NCBI RefSeq assembly: GCF_964204645.1
Contig: NC_134033.1
Coordinates: 12,346,655-12,410,654, forward strand
Source: Tubulanus polymorphus
Taxonomy: Eukaryota > Animalia > Nemertea
Reading direction: 5' to 3'
Length of the DNA stretch: 64,000 nt
The translations under genes were made by a program, and so were the position numbers. Below the pieces are notes generated by a model that saw only the letters and a list, made by a program, of their open reading frames with translations, had not been told where the DNA came from and made no database searches. Shown here piece by piece: positions 50,242 to 63,726 of this stretch (position 1 is the first letter of the stretch; each line of letters begins with the position of its first letter).

Positions 50242-53200
50242 CTGCTATATTCGTTGGAGATGTGTGTGCCGAGAACGATTCGACGTTGAAAGGGTTAATA
50301 TCCCTGAGGTTCGTGTCCCGGAAAACGAGTCGCAGATAAAATTTGATAAATTACAAACGACGGTGAGTATATTTGTTCAATCGCGCTGCGCTGACTCGAG
50401 GGACCCACCTGAAGATCGATGCTCGTCGTCGTTACTGTAACAACCTTATCAGTTCGTCAAAACGCCGACTCCTTATGAATATGCTGTCTGTGCTATGTAT
50501 GTATGTATGTATGATATATCATTCTAACCGGCGTGTTTGCGGAAACACCCTGAAGAGACAAAGAAATAGCTGCTTGAATCCAGTTCCATAATATTATGAG
50601 TTAGATAGAGTTAACTTTGAATTAACAATAGTTCATTTTCAATTAGTCTGAGTTGAAATCTTGACTCTACTTTTATCCGTGGTGGCAAAGATTTAGTCCG
50701 AATTAGTCCGCATTTTGGACCAAAATTGCGTCTTCATCACCTTCAGTTGTCGGACTATGTATGCATGGGAAACCGATTGTGTCATGTGGATATAGTCGTT
50801 TTCGACGAAACACGATAATAAAAGTGCTATTCGCTTCGAAAACACGTGTTTATCTCGTCGAACTGAGTCGAATTTCATTGAAGAATTGAAGAGTTCAATC
50901 GGTGTAAATTCTTCTTTGGGTGAACTTGACGATGGTTAAAAACACGGAATCTTCGTCCAATTACACCCGCGCGAGCCCGGTGAATCCTCACTTGCCACAA
51001 GCAGAATCCTCGGTTGCAACAGTCATACCAAATCATTATTCATCTACGCGGTCACGGAAAGTTCGCCGTTAGTTTTGAATTTCAAATCGTAACGAACTTC
51101 ATAACCGGAAACGTAATTCGTCTCCCGATCACGTGACGAAGCTTTTCGGCGAATGTAATCTCGATCGTGCGCGGAGACGATGACGATGACGATGAAATGA
51201 TGTGATTTCTACGATGGGAAATGAACGATGTTTATTTAGTGGAAATGAAGAGAAGAGTGAAGACTCGACGGGATTTGTGTCCGGGGACTCGATATCCGCG
51301 GCCGGGAATGAGTCATTTTTCCTTGTCTCGATTGACTTCAATTAAACTTGACGAGTGTCGATAATCCGACTCGCTGTTGATAGCCGCAACAAGTTGTCAC
51401 GATCGCGCTTTCCAATCAACTCCGATGCTGACAGATGCCGTCGCGCGCATCCGTGCCTCGACTCATCTTTATCATCCGTCTGGCCGACGCATCGCGGGAC
51501 TCGAAACCGATGCCGCTTATACCGAAACCGGAAACCGTATGCCGAACGAGTCATGCCGAATTTGCATTCACCCCCGATGGATTGAGTTCGACGCTGAAGC
51601 TATCATAATATCGAATTTACATATTTCCGTACGGAATGTCTCATAAGATATCAATTTCTATACGCGGCGATCTTGACTTAATTCTTTCTGGTTCACTGGT
51701 CGCCGCGAGTCGGATATTTTTTCATATTTCCCATTTCAACCGAATCCGGCAGCATCTGCCCGTTAGAGCTTTTAGAACGAACGTTCTTTTCAAAATTCCA
51801 CGACGCGCTAAGCGATATAGTCGCTCGAGACACTGAAAGCACGATCGTGGCGGAAAAAAGAAAATGTTCTGTCGCTCGTGGGATTCGAACCCGCATTCGA
51901 TAAGCTTTATCCAGCATTCGAAAGAAAAGTTTCGAAAGTTTACATCTTAAGCATTTCATGGATATTTCATATATTCATGGTCCTAACGCAGGGAGAAAAC
52001 TGGAACTTTGTCGGTTGGGAAAACGTCATTTAGCCATAAAAACCTAAAAATCTATACGATACTCATATACATTATACGCGCGCTCAATTAAGCTGTTTAT
52101 GACTAGTCATTCAACGTGATTATATCGTTTACTATAATTAAGCCCCGTAAACATGAATCGATGCTTGTGTTTTACGTCACATGCGTGCTCTAAGGCGATA
52201 CTCTTCAAGGTCGTTCGGTGACAAGATAATCGTTAATGCGTTGTGATGATGTACATCGTCGAGAATAGGAAATATTCGCGTTCACCTAATTCTATACTTA
52301 ACTGTAACACGACACCGTAAACACTCGTTCATGTGATGGGACGATTAATTAAAATCGTTCGTTAATGATCGTTCTGTCAACCTATTTCATCATTATCAAT
52401 GTACCGCTTTTTGTGCCACTAACACTTCATATATAGTTGTTTGTTTGAACCCTTGAAGTTCCTTCTCTGACAGTGTGGGGAAGTTCCTTTCTATGGTGCG
52501 TCGTTTGAGCCATTAACCCCTTGGTAATTTGAGTCCTGACGGTGACGGATCTTATTTCTGTGATTTTATTCCGAGCTATTCACACCCGAGGAAAATTCAC
52601 ATTCGAATCCTTGAAAATTGGTTTATTGAATCCCGACGGTAACGAGGGTTCGTTCTGAGGTTCTTACCTCACTGCCCAAGATTTTTCTCCAGTTCCCCCG
52701 GGCTTTGTAACATTTTGACATTGCTCCAATAAAAGTGCTCCTTAGAACTCGGAAGACCAACGAATCGAAGATTTGAATGCCATTTCAAAGCCATACTCAC
52801 ACGTAGAGAAAAGATAATGGAAATACAACTCACTATTAAACACATTTTGAAGATTATAAACAGATTTTTATGGTCTAGAGAAAGAGATAGAGAAAAGGTT
52901 CTAAACGTCTTTGACTTCAATGTAAAAATGTGTACATATAAGGGGCGTTGATTCTATTTTCTTATTTAATATGTTCTACTTAGTTGATTTTTTCTGCGTT
53001 TTCGTATCAACTATAAAACTGTTTCGATCGTGGTTTTCAAACCGGTGTTTATATCGCGCCGCGGCCGCCGAGAGAGATGAGACTGAACGCTCTAGACGCT
53101 TCGCGGACAGTTGTTTATCAAATATTTACGCGATCGATTCACGTTCTACGATGTTCGACGTTCGGATGAGAATAAACGCGCGTCTGAAATCGAGATAAAC

Positions 53201-54138
53201 TCAACTCTCAGAAAACAAGTTTTCTTACTTTACCGCGAATTAAACCTATAAACAACATTATATGTATATACAGTCATATGATATAGACCCGAGCGCCCTG
53301 CTATACCACCCTGGCTTTACCAACGTACGTTCCATGATCAATTCTACAACCCTAAACCACACCTTCAGACATTTCACGAATTTATGAAGAAGTCTTGGCG
53401 ATCCTTAGGACGTTTATGTGGTCCATGTATCGGTGAATTTCTCGAGAATCTATGGAATGGAGGTCCCAAACTCGGGTGAAGCCCTGATGATCAAACACGT
53501 CGCGAGGAAGAATAACGATAAAGCATTGGTAGCAGATTGATACCTCCAAAGTGGCAAATCTTTCGAAAGTCTTGGATTTGAGATTAACGTAGCAGTCTCC
53601 CGTTGTCTTCTAGGCATGGAGCACCCACCTTATTCTGTACGTAAAAATGTTCTAGCCGCTCACGCCAGTAGTTGTACAGTTAGATCTACTCTTGTAGCTC
53701 TTGCATAACTCTGGGAGAAAGTTCCCCGATATTCTACTTAGACTCGTGGCTGTTTTTCTATTGTTTAAGAGGCGTCGGTTTTAACGGCTTTTAAGACGAT
53801 ATTTTCACGGTTTTTGCTGTAGATTCGATTTCATTCTGTTGGCGCGCTTCGCTTTATCCGAGGCATAAACACCGGCAACATCGATACTTTTACATATAAA
53901 CTTATCAGTCTTAGTTTTGTTTATCGTAGTTGAGCCGCGGTAAGACGCCTGAAGAATGCCAGCTCTCTACCGGCCCGGAATTCTTGTTAAATGGTTCGTC
54001 CTCATTGAACTCGACTCCGATGGAAATTTACGTAATTGAGAAATAATTAAAGGTTACAGTGCCTACTTGCGTGATGGCGGTTTACTATAAACTAGACCGA
54101 ACGAGAGCCTAAAATAGCTTGCGACCCGTTTCTCTTAA

Positions 54139-54245
54139 GCTGTAAGCGAGCCTGGAACCAGTAATCTCTGTAGGGATGAGTGTGCCCAACCAGCAGCGCT
54201 GTAAGCGAGCCTGGAACCAGCAATCTCTGTAGGGATGAGTGCGCC
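54139..54245. repeat. Tandem duplication, 59-bp period
   Basis: gctgtaagcgagcctggaaccag(t/c)aatctctgtagggatgagtg(t/c)gcc twice. Confidence 0.9.
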
Positions 54246-55239
54246 GCTATTAATGACACAAATATCCCCGGCTCGATAAACTATCAGGCGGAATTATCGA
54301 TGAGGAAAATTGTTGATTTTATCGCGACTCGACGGAAGCTCGTACCGTCAATTGTTCGCTAATAATGGATATTTTCCGGCTCATTTCACCGGCTAAACTT
54401 TGTTATTACTCTCTAGCGATGATGCGCGCTCGTCTCGGGCGAATCGTTGGACTGGTTAGCGCGCGTGACCTCATCGGCGTAGCGGTTGCGCCGAAGGCCA
54501 AGGTCGTGCGCCAAGTCGGCGTCCGCGAATTAATTTGATTGGTTGCGTAACGCGCGACGCCTGATGTTTAGATAAGAAACTTTTTGATTTGTGATCGCGG
54601 ATCGTCGTCGGCGCTGGTGGCTGGAAAAACTCTGATCGAACCGGAAAAAGTTTGGAATCGATTTCACGAATTCGGCTGGCTGTCCTGGTCTCTGCTCTGT
54701 CACCTTTGAGAAGGGAGGGTAGATGCCGCTGCTATGCCCTTCGGCTCCGATCGAAATCTAGTTTCTGAATATCTAGGAAATACGATCGGACAAAAGTCCC
54801 AGATTTGTTGTTTTTTCCTCAGTGTATCAATGGTCTATCGGATAATTATCGTTTCATTTTGATCAGTGAGTTCACAACCTCGGGTTATACGTTATGTAAT
54901 GATATTGATGTTACTGTAATTGGTTTGCTGCGCTGTTCCAGTTTCCACTCCTCCAGCTATTATTACTAGTACGATTAGTTATGACTTTTCTGATCCCGAC
55001 ATTTCTCATGATATTCGCGTCGTCGTCATCGCCATCCAGTTACGTACTCGTCTTCGTATATTAATGACGACCTTTCGTGAAATTTAGAGAAAATAAATTT
55101 TGAACTTACAAAATGCAAACAAAGAACAGAGTACGTGATGACTGAGTAATGTGAGGAATGAAACATCCCCAGCTCGCCGAGTGCACGGGGCTGGATAACT
55201 GAAGTCTGGTCTCCATATGTAAGATACGTAAGCTTTCGA

Positions 55240-56240
55240 ACTGCGATGGTCTTAGCCTACGCCATGACTATGGAGCTGAGGCCAGGAGTGGGGTCGCGTA
55301 GTGGCCACACACTCCTCGGGGCTCAATTGCACTTAAAGCGGTATTGCAAGACTGGTCTCAAGTTAAAGCCATGACTGTGCAACTGACTTCTAGGAGCAGT
55401 ATATCTCGTGACGTCTTCGAGTCAACCCTTCGTTTGGACAGGGTAAGGTACGAGCTGCCTGACGACGAATAACGGCGTGCAGAATGGCATTATACTCGTT
55501 GATTGTTCGGCTGCGGCGATTATTCTAAAAATATTTGAAAAATGTTCGACCATATGGGATGCGGGTAGCTATCTCTATACAAACCGGTACATCCAATAAA
55601 CGCGAAGCAGATTTAGATAAGGCCGAGGGCGTTTGTGTCGTGTCGTTTTGAATAAATTAAATATTTTCTCTCCAAATAGGATTAGAATCCGGCGATTTCG
55701 AGTGGCTTTGTGTCGGGCATGAAATCAATTAACTTCTCAAAACTGTTCCGTTTTTCTGTCGAGTGAATGAAGACTTTTACAATACGAGGTGAAATGATTA
55801 TTTGAACAGCACCTATAATAAAACTCGAATCATTGACCAGATGTTGAATTATTTACAATGCGTTCATGATATTTGGTTCGCTTTTTCGATAACGTACGCG
55901 AATAAGTCTTATCTAGTCATAGTCTTATATAGATCCTAATACGCTTAGACGTGACTTATATATTTACATTGATTGTGCATCTGTCGTGACTTTACTTAAA
56001 ATCTTCAATCTTAAGATTGTTAGATTGGTTATTGAATTTAGATACGATTAAATCTAAATCTTTTTGGACCCGTCTTAGATATGAGCTTTGACTTAAAAAC
56101 TGGCCACTGGTTTTGGGGGCTTGGGTGCAGTCCACCTCTATAGCCATTCTAACTATACTACATGCTATATCATTCTAACTATAAACTAGACCAGTCTTAC
56201 GTTTTGAGAGCATTTTTATTTAAATCTAAGCAACTGGGCC
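55240..56240. mobile_element. Several highly degraded MITE family A fragments
   Basis: Motifs gccatgactatgga, aagactggtctcaagttaaagccatgactgtgcaactg, ttgttagattggttat, tatagccattctaac, agaccagtctta, gcaactgggcc. Confidence 0.5.
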
Positions 56241-57834
56241 TCGATTTTTCGATACTTGTAACCCGTGTTTCGAATCGTTAGTTGTTCAGTTCAGTCCAAT
56301 GTGTCCAATTTAACGGCACAACAATGCTTGTTTACATAACGCGAATGGATCCAGTCGGGACGTCTGCAAAAAACTAATAATTCGTGACCGATTGAAAAGT
56401 TGGCGAAGAATTCAAAACAAACTTCGTCATCGAGCCGAACGACTGGCAAAACAAACTCGCAATTATCTGTGGACGCGGATAACGGCTAAAACACACGTAA
56501 CCGGAAACTCGGTAACGAATAGAACTCGGGGTAAATGCAATTAACGATACGCGGAAAAAGCAAATTCACAAATTGATTGCCCAACAACAAATTGAACAAC
56601 GGCCGCGTATCGCAAATTTCATTATCCTCGAACGGACACAATGTTCCATTATAGAAAAGTTGCGATAATTTTTTCGGTTAGTTTTCAGTTCCCGTCGACA
56701 ACGATCAGACGATGCTAACCGAAAAATGCCGGCGTAGAAAAAAAAACGAAATTGATTTCGGTAAACAACGCCGACACGGGTTGGATCGTGGGAAATCTGT
56801 TTATTTTGGTAATTAGCGCGCTGGTAATTTTTTGTGTGAAGTGCGCCATCAAGGCTCGCGGGAAACGCGGAACGTGCTGCGAGTCGAGGCTCGATGATCG
56901 ATATTTACCGAACCCCGTGTCAAAAACATAATTGTAATCATGTTTACATACTCTTCGTAACCCGGAAATTAAATGTTATTTTTTTGTCATCCATTGGAAG
57001 GTTTGTTTCTGGTCGAGTGATGTTTTCGGAGGACGATGACGCGTTTTTTGGGAAGTGTCCAAGTTTACGCCATCGGGATTGTTGGGTTCGAATCCCGGTG
57101 ACCGCTGATTTTTTTGTGGTCGAAGCTTCTTACTCTTTGTGTCCTTTTTATCGGAAATATTATGCTTATCATAATGCTTATCCCCAAAGTGACGTCCAGT
57201 ACGTTATCGGATAAGGAAGTTCCAACTTCCGTGCGTGTGTTTCTTAGGTTCGAAAAAGTGGAGGAGTCAAAAAATATCGGACCTGCATCTTACGAAGATA
57301 TTGATGAAAATAAAAAGAAAAAGAAATAAACAAACAAAAACAGCAGCAAAAAGTTGAAGAAAGTTAGAATATAAAATTAGGACAAAGGTTTACCGAAGGT
57401 GAACAGGTCTAGGTCAAATCTCTAGTCCGGATATTCCAGAATTCGATATAAACGAAAACGAAATTCATACGACAAACTCTTAAATCTTTATATGAAATCC
57501 GCGATGTGAGCAAATAATATGAATAAATCTGACTGGGTTTGAGAAGGAAATGGTGTTAATGAAAAGCGAGGGAAAAAAGAACACGTTTTTCCTGGATATT
57601 CCGTCGAAACCGGGAGAAATGCAGATGGCATTTTCGATCGGGCAAATATGGACGCGGTTTGAGCCGAGTTTCCGGTGTAACCCGACACGAGTTTTGCTAA
57701 ACAATAATAACGGCAGAATCAATTGTGTAAACAGGTCCCGTTAAATTAAAACCGTCTCCGCATCAAAAGCGGCCGAAAAATCCAATTAGAACTAAACAGT
57801 CGATATTACACGGGGAAAAACAAATATCCGACGC

Positions 57835-58410
57835 GGAGAGGGAGAGAGTGAGAGAGTGAGAGGGTGCTGGATCAGGGAGAGAGAGAGAGAGAGAGTAAAG
57901 AGAGGCCGTGAAGGGAGAAGAGAGTGGGAGAGAGAGAGAGAGCAAGGGGTGAGAAACAGAGGCGGGGAGAAAGAGCCGATAATACGTAGATAAAAGAGGC
58001 GAGGAGAGAGTGAAGAATGGAGGAAGAGAATGGAAGACAGGAAAATGAGAGTGAAAGAAAGTAAGAGAATGGAGAGAAAGATGAATGACGGAGAGTTGTG
58101 AAGAGTCGGAGTCAAAACGGTAAAAGGGAGGGAATGGGAATGTGAAGAGGGAGAGATTGAGAAAGGGAAAGAGAGAGAGGGGGATAGGGAGGGGAGCGAG
58201 AGGGGAGTGAAGAGGGACATTGCTGGATGAGGAAGAGAGAGAGAGAGGACAGGGAGAGTGTTGGATGATGGAGAGAGTGAGAACGAGAGGGAGAATGCTG
58301 GATGAGGGAGAGAGAGAGGGGAGAGTGAGAGGGAGAGTGTTGGATGAGGAAGAAAGTGAGAGTGAGAGGGAAATTGCTGGATGAGGAAGTGAGGGGGAGA
58401 GAGAGTGAGT
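57835..58410. repeat. Polypurine (GA-rich) low-complexity tract
   Basis: ~575 bp of mostly G/A on the + strand with recurring tgctggatgaggRagagagagag units. Confidence 0.9.
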
Positions 58411-59466
58411 GCAGGGTTCTCTTTGTATTGATGTATACGATTCAAGTCATATAAAGTATAATCATGAAAAACGATGTTCGCAAATCTAATAATCAACGCA
58501 GAAAACATAGAGTACGAGACAACTATCAATCAATATCTGAAATCAATACGGTATCAATCATGTTTGAACCGCTCCACTGTGATATCGTGGTTGACAGATA
58601 GATCCTCGTAAATATCAGCTGAATGCTCGCATCGCCGGGATTGGCCAACGAGATGCGTAGTGTTTTAATCTGAGGAAAAATGATTACAGAACCGGCTATC
58701 AAAATTCGTCAAACATTAATATCAACGACAACCAGCTTTACGCATCAACTGTATTTGAATATATTTGTTCTCTTTAGATTTATAAGATTTGACTCTGTTT
58801 AATACACGTGTTATTTGAAATTCGAAGTCGATGCCGATACGGGTATATATATATATATATATTCGAGAAATCATTTTTACTGGCCAAATTTAACTTTAAC
58901 TATAAAGGTCAATCGATCCCTAAATTGATATCTCATATCAATCTAAGAACGGTCTGGAAATGTTGACGATGAATTACACGTATACATAAATGACGTATAT
59001 ACTATTAAGGATAAACAAAGTTAATTTGCATTTGAGTAAACCGATGAATTGATTTGAATTGATCGGCAACCCATCAAGCCCCGGTGTGTAGATGACGCGT
59101 AGTGCGCGTTCTCAAAACACATGGAAATTCATCAAAGCGTCACGAAAATGCCAAAATTCACAATTGTTGTTGTAACGGTTTTTACGGTGTCAAAAATCAC
59201 TGTTAAGCTTTGGACGATGACAGCGCCATCTGGATCACTGTATCACGCCTTATTTACATAGGAAAGAAAGTTCTGCCGCCATTGTGCGTATGGTCTCGCG
59301 CGTAAAGGTTATATATTGGTAAATGACGCCAACGCATTTTTTCTGTCGAACGCCGCAGACAAATTAGTTCCATAACGAGCGACTGCAAGCTAGCCGCCAA
59401 TATCTTAGACAGCCGGACAAAGAAACTGTTGATATGTTCTGGCGGGCGCGCGGGCTCTACAGACTG

Positions 59467-59500
59467 AATGATGATGATGATGATGATGAAGATGATGATG
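59467..59500. repeat. (ATG)n trinucleotide microsatellite
   Basis: Direct reading. Confidence 0.9.
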
Positions 59501-59949
59501 AATGTCCTGATGACAAGAGCTCCTATATACTCCGCCGTAAGAAAAAGAGGCAATGAAAAAAAGAGAAAACGCTCTCTTCAATCGCGGTTTGGTATTCATT
59601 CGAATCGGGTATCATTACCGTCGTGGCAAGTGAGGATCCGCCATACTGCGACTTCCTGCGAAATTCCCTTCTATATTTCAATTAGGATCGAATCAATTTT
59701 CTTTTAGGTGATCAATTCTATTGCAATAGACGAATTAATGCGATGTATATTTGAGATGCTCGTCTGATCATAATTTTGAATCAGGATAAAAAACCGTTCA
59801 GATTTAAACGATGAACCTCTTGAAAATTAACTGATTTCGACAACTCAAACCGATTCGGTGTGCCGCTGGTATATCATCGAAACGCGATTGAAGCCGCGTT
59901 AAACGAAGTCTAATAAAGCGCATATTTGTTCAACTAGCTCGGAACTTAA

Positions 59950-60132
59950 AGCCCAACGCACACGACGCAAGGAAACACGGAATCATGTTTCCGAGCGTTT
60001 CCCTGTGTCGTGTGCTTTTTTACGAGAATCGAGAATCGAGAAACATAGTTACGGGAAACAAGATTAAACATGTTTAATTCCGTATTTCCGCGTTTCCCTG
60101 ATTCACTGTTTCGTGTACGTAGGCGTTGGGCT
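59950..60132. mobile_element. MITE family E, full-length-looking copy
   Basis: TIR AGCCCAACGC / GCGTTGGGCT; internal ggaaaca/tgtttcc inverted motifs; related copies at 47862 and 16784. Confidence 0.7.
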
Positions 60133-60284
60133 CTAGAGCCTCACAAAAAAAACCTTTCCAAGTCCACAACCGTAAGTCGAGTATAAGTAACGCAAGTTTT
60201 ATTGGTGATTACGTTGGGTGAGTGAGCAGGGATGCGAGGGTGTTGAATAAGCGCCTCTAGAGACGACCGAATGCGAGAAAAGTA

Positions 60285-60570
60285 TCAACCGCTGAGTGAC
60301 CGGTCGCGTCAACCGCTGAGTGACCGGTCGGGTCAACCGCTGAGTGACCAGTATGGTCAACCACTGAGTGACCAGTCGGGTCAACCACTGAGTGACCGGT
60401 CGGGTCAACCACAGAGTGACCGGTCGGGTCAACCACTGAGTGGCCGGTCGCGTCAACCACAGAGTGACCGGTCGCGTCAACCACTGAGTGACCGGTCGGG
60501 TCAACCACTGAGTGGCCGGTCGCGTCAACCACAGAGTGACCGGTCGCGTCAACCACTGAGTGACCGGTCG
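60285..60570. repeat. 24-bp minisatellite, ~12 copies
   Basis: Unit TCAACC(A/G)C(T/A)GAGTG(A/G)CCGGTCG(C/G)G, head-to-tail with no spacers. Confidence 0.97.
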
Positions 60571-61276
60571 GAACAAAATGAAGGCATTACAATCCTTATA
60601 TAGAACCTGCACTACATATTATTATATCATGACTTCATTTTCTAATACTGTCTTTGTCTGTTATTGGGGGCGTCCATTTTTTTATACGATATTCATAGCG
60701 TCAAACAATCAGTCCATTATGACACTCATCATATACACGCCGAAAGTCTCCCGCGCACACGTCTTCGTAACTCACGCCTTGCGAGGCAGGCGTGTGCGCG
60801 AGCGTGTGCGACTACGCGCTGATTGGCGACATTTGCTCTTTTTCAGCACTCCGTCAAACAAAAGATCTCATTCAGCTCGAAATTCGCCCCGGTTCCTGCC
60901 GCCGGTGCTGATCTATACGTGTATCGCGCGCATCCATATTTAATGTAGCAGTTTGACACGTGTTGTTAATATTTTCGAAACAATGGTTTTTCTCAGTCGA
61001 AAAAGAGCGGCATTGTTTTTTTTTTTTAATATTCAGCCGTGAGCATTTTTGTCAATGTTACACATACTAGGACGTATAGCAGATGTGACCAGTGTTTTGT
61101 GTTGATGTTTCTATTAATTCTAAACAGTACTGAGGCTTCTGTGTGTATTGATATTATTGCTGTACGTATTTGTCACAGCACTGTAAAAAAGTAATGTTCC
61201 GCCATTATACAAAATGTTTTTCATTTATTCTAAATTGGGTTTTACAAGTTCAAGTTTCGACTGACTTGACCTAGAT

Positions 61277-61484
61277 CCACATTTGTGTGGGTTTGATTTG
61301 ACTCTGGACCCAGTTCCACATTTGTATGGGTTTAATTTGACTCTGGACCCAGTTCCACACAGTTGTGTGGGTTTAATTCGACTCTGGATACAGTTCCACA
61401 GTTGTGTAGGTGTCACTTGACTCTGGATACAGTTCCACACTTGTGTGGATTTAATTTGACTCGGGACCCAGTTCCACAATTGTG
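61277..61484. repeat. 39-bp minisatellite, ~5 copies
   Basis: Unit ccaca(t/g)ttgtgtgggtttaatttgactctggacccagtt. Confidence 0.93.
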
Positions 61485-63663
61485 AGCATAATATGACTTC
61501 CGGTATTTGAGTCTAGAGTTTAACAGTGGTGAGGGGTTTTTAAACTTCACCCGTCCCGGACCCATAGATCTGGTAGTTTGATTATTGTTAGTTTGATTTG
61601 ACTCTCTTTCACTCATTATCGACACTGACTCTTGTGAATTCAATTCTAAAATCAGTTCGTTAATTCACGCAGTTCTTCCACTATCCACCCTTGTGAATTC
61701 GATCTTAACGAGACGGAACTAGTTCATTTAATTCGAATAAAAGATTCCATCTCTAAAATCCACGAGTCTGACTGAGTATATTTTCATCGGGAAAGTATCT
61801 CAAGTTTCATCGTATATCATGTCTCAGCTATAGAGCAGATATTAGTCGTGATAATCCGGCAGTTTTTCACAAAGCACAACAGGTTTTCTCACTTTGTTGA
61901 TACCTTTTGCGGAAATTTGGATGAAAAATGAGGCAGGCAACCGCGCAACGTGCGCATGGTAACCGGCGAAATGTATGCATCCTCACGACCGGCCTCTCGC
62001 CGCTGGCTTGACAACCGTCGCTACCGCAGATTCTAAATTCGAAATTTATCGCGTTTGAACTGAAGTGAGAATTGAAAAAGAAAAAGTTCATTGAAATTGA
62101 TTGCCGCAAAAAAACATTACGGTGTAATCTATTATGTTTTAGGCGTGGTTTTTCGAGATAAGAAACGAGAATTGAATCCGGAAAAAATTAATGATGATGA
62201 TGATACGCGCGCCTGTGGTCTAACGATTTATTGTGCTTTCATTGCCGGCCGAACTCGAAGGGAAGCGGTATGCCAACCCGAGATACAGTTCGATAGTGTC
62301 ATGAGTTAAGATTTGATTCGTTAAAGTAGCCGCTGAACTGCTGTATCAAAGCATAATTGTAACGGTATTTTCATTGGCGTCAAAAATGAAAATGCTCATC
62401 GCAAGCGACTAGGTTTGAATTGGTATATATAGCTGATGAGACAGTAGGTCTCGGCGCTAACCGGTCTATCGGTCGGTCTGTGAATATAGTCGGGGGGGGG
62501 GGGATTTTTGTATCAATGTCGAGTCTGTCGTCAACAGTTTATTTTCGTCGCGCAAAAACGACGTATTAATCCTACAGAAATGATTGATTATACTCGGTCG
62601 CCAGATTATCCCTCGCGTGCCACAGGTGGTTCGTCGCTCCTCGCCTGCCGCAGTCAAGTTACGTACGATATCGTCGGTATTTCGCACGCGTTACGGCCTT
62701 AGTTCCTGTAGTTTGATTTGTCACCTAGAGCGAGCCTATATCCTACAATAAAATACACGATGACAATGCTATCACCATCCCAATGAGTAAAACATCGGTA
62801 AAGGCAACCAAAATCCTCGCTTTTTGGTTTATGACCACTTTTCAAAGTCGGCTGATACATGCATGAAATGCTAAACAATGCTTTGCTACCATAAATAGGT
62901 TATAATGCAGATAGTGCGCCGAATATCAGATTGTTGGACATCAAAGTGCCCGTTTAGGATGTGACACGTTCTTCAGAGTAAGCCCCTGGGTCCATCCCTA
63001 ATTCGATATCTTTCCCTCTTATATCCACTTCTTAATCTGCTGGCAACTTTCCATGCAGTAACTTATCAAACCCCATAACAGCGTCTTCCAAACAATGAGA
63101 AAATCTCACGCATGATCGAACACGGTTTTTTGTTACGATAAGGCTTCGTATTTTCTTCACGCGCAGAATATTTCCACATTTCCGTCGTCGTTTCGTCGTG
63201 CACTTTTTTAGTTTTATTAACGTTCGCGGATGGTCGCGTTTTCGTTCTCGAGAACGCGCATCAACACAAAATCTTCCGCACCAGATTTCATCGTCGAATC
63301 TATAGCGCTGCTGTTTCTCGTCATTATTCGCGTTTTCTATCGCTCTCTGCCTCATTGAACACCGTAAACAGTTCGGCGATATTTCACGAGATTACACGCG
63401 ATTTGTCTCTATCTCACTCTTTTATTGTCGCTCTTAATTGTTTTCGATGGAATTAAGTAATATTTTAAAGATGCATTCCACCGCTAAGGTTCCTCGAGTA
63501 AAGTTGGTTAATGGTTGGTTGTAAAGTTGGTTATAAAATATCATTGATACTGTGGTATTTTCCGACGGTCCGACTAACAATCAGTAACTGGCTACAAATA
63601 TCTGAATGTTGCTTCGTAGTTTGTTCCTAATCTCAGATTTTGAATATAAACTTTCATCATATT

Positions 63664-63726
63664 GCTGATAGATTTCTTTTTTTTCTCATTTCATATTTGG
63701 TTTTTCTGTCGCCTTATCAGGTAAGT
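63664..63726 (+). other. Candidate recursive splice site (ratchet point), AG|GT junction at 63720/63721
   Basis: Branch-like GCTGAT (63664-63669), ~47-nt AG-free U-rich tract, CAG directly followed by GTAAGT. Confidence 0.7.

Noticed and set aside
55451-55475. GAGCTGCCTGA resembling a miR-22/745 family 5' end
   Set aside because: Match is limited to the seed region and no precursor hairpin is evident; no conserved miRNA was recognised elsewhere by eye
57792-58529. 245-aa Leu/Ser/Pro-rich ORF on the minus strand
   Set aside because: Translation of the CT-rich strand of a low-complexity tract; no domain signal
60285-60570. CRISPR array
   Set aside because: Units are head-to-tail with no unique spacers, there are no cas genes, and the DNA is eukaryotic
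62433-62455. CTGATGAG followed by a hairpin (similar partial cores at 16885, 34234, 53484)
   Set aside because: No properly placed GAAA or no closable stem II, so not hammerheads
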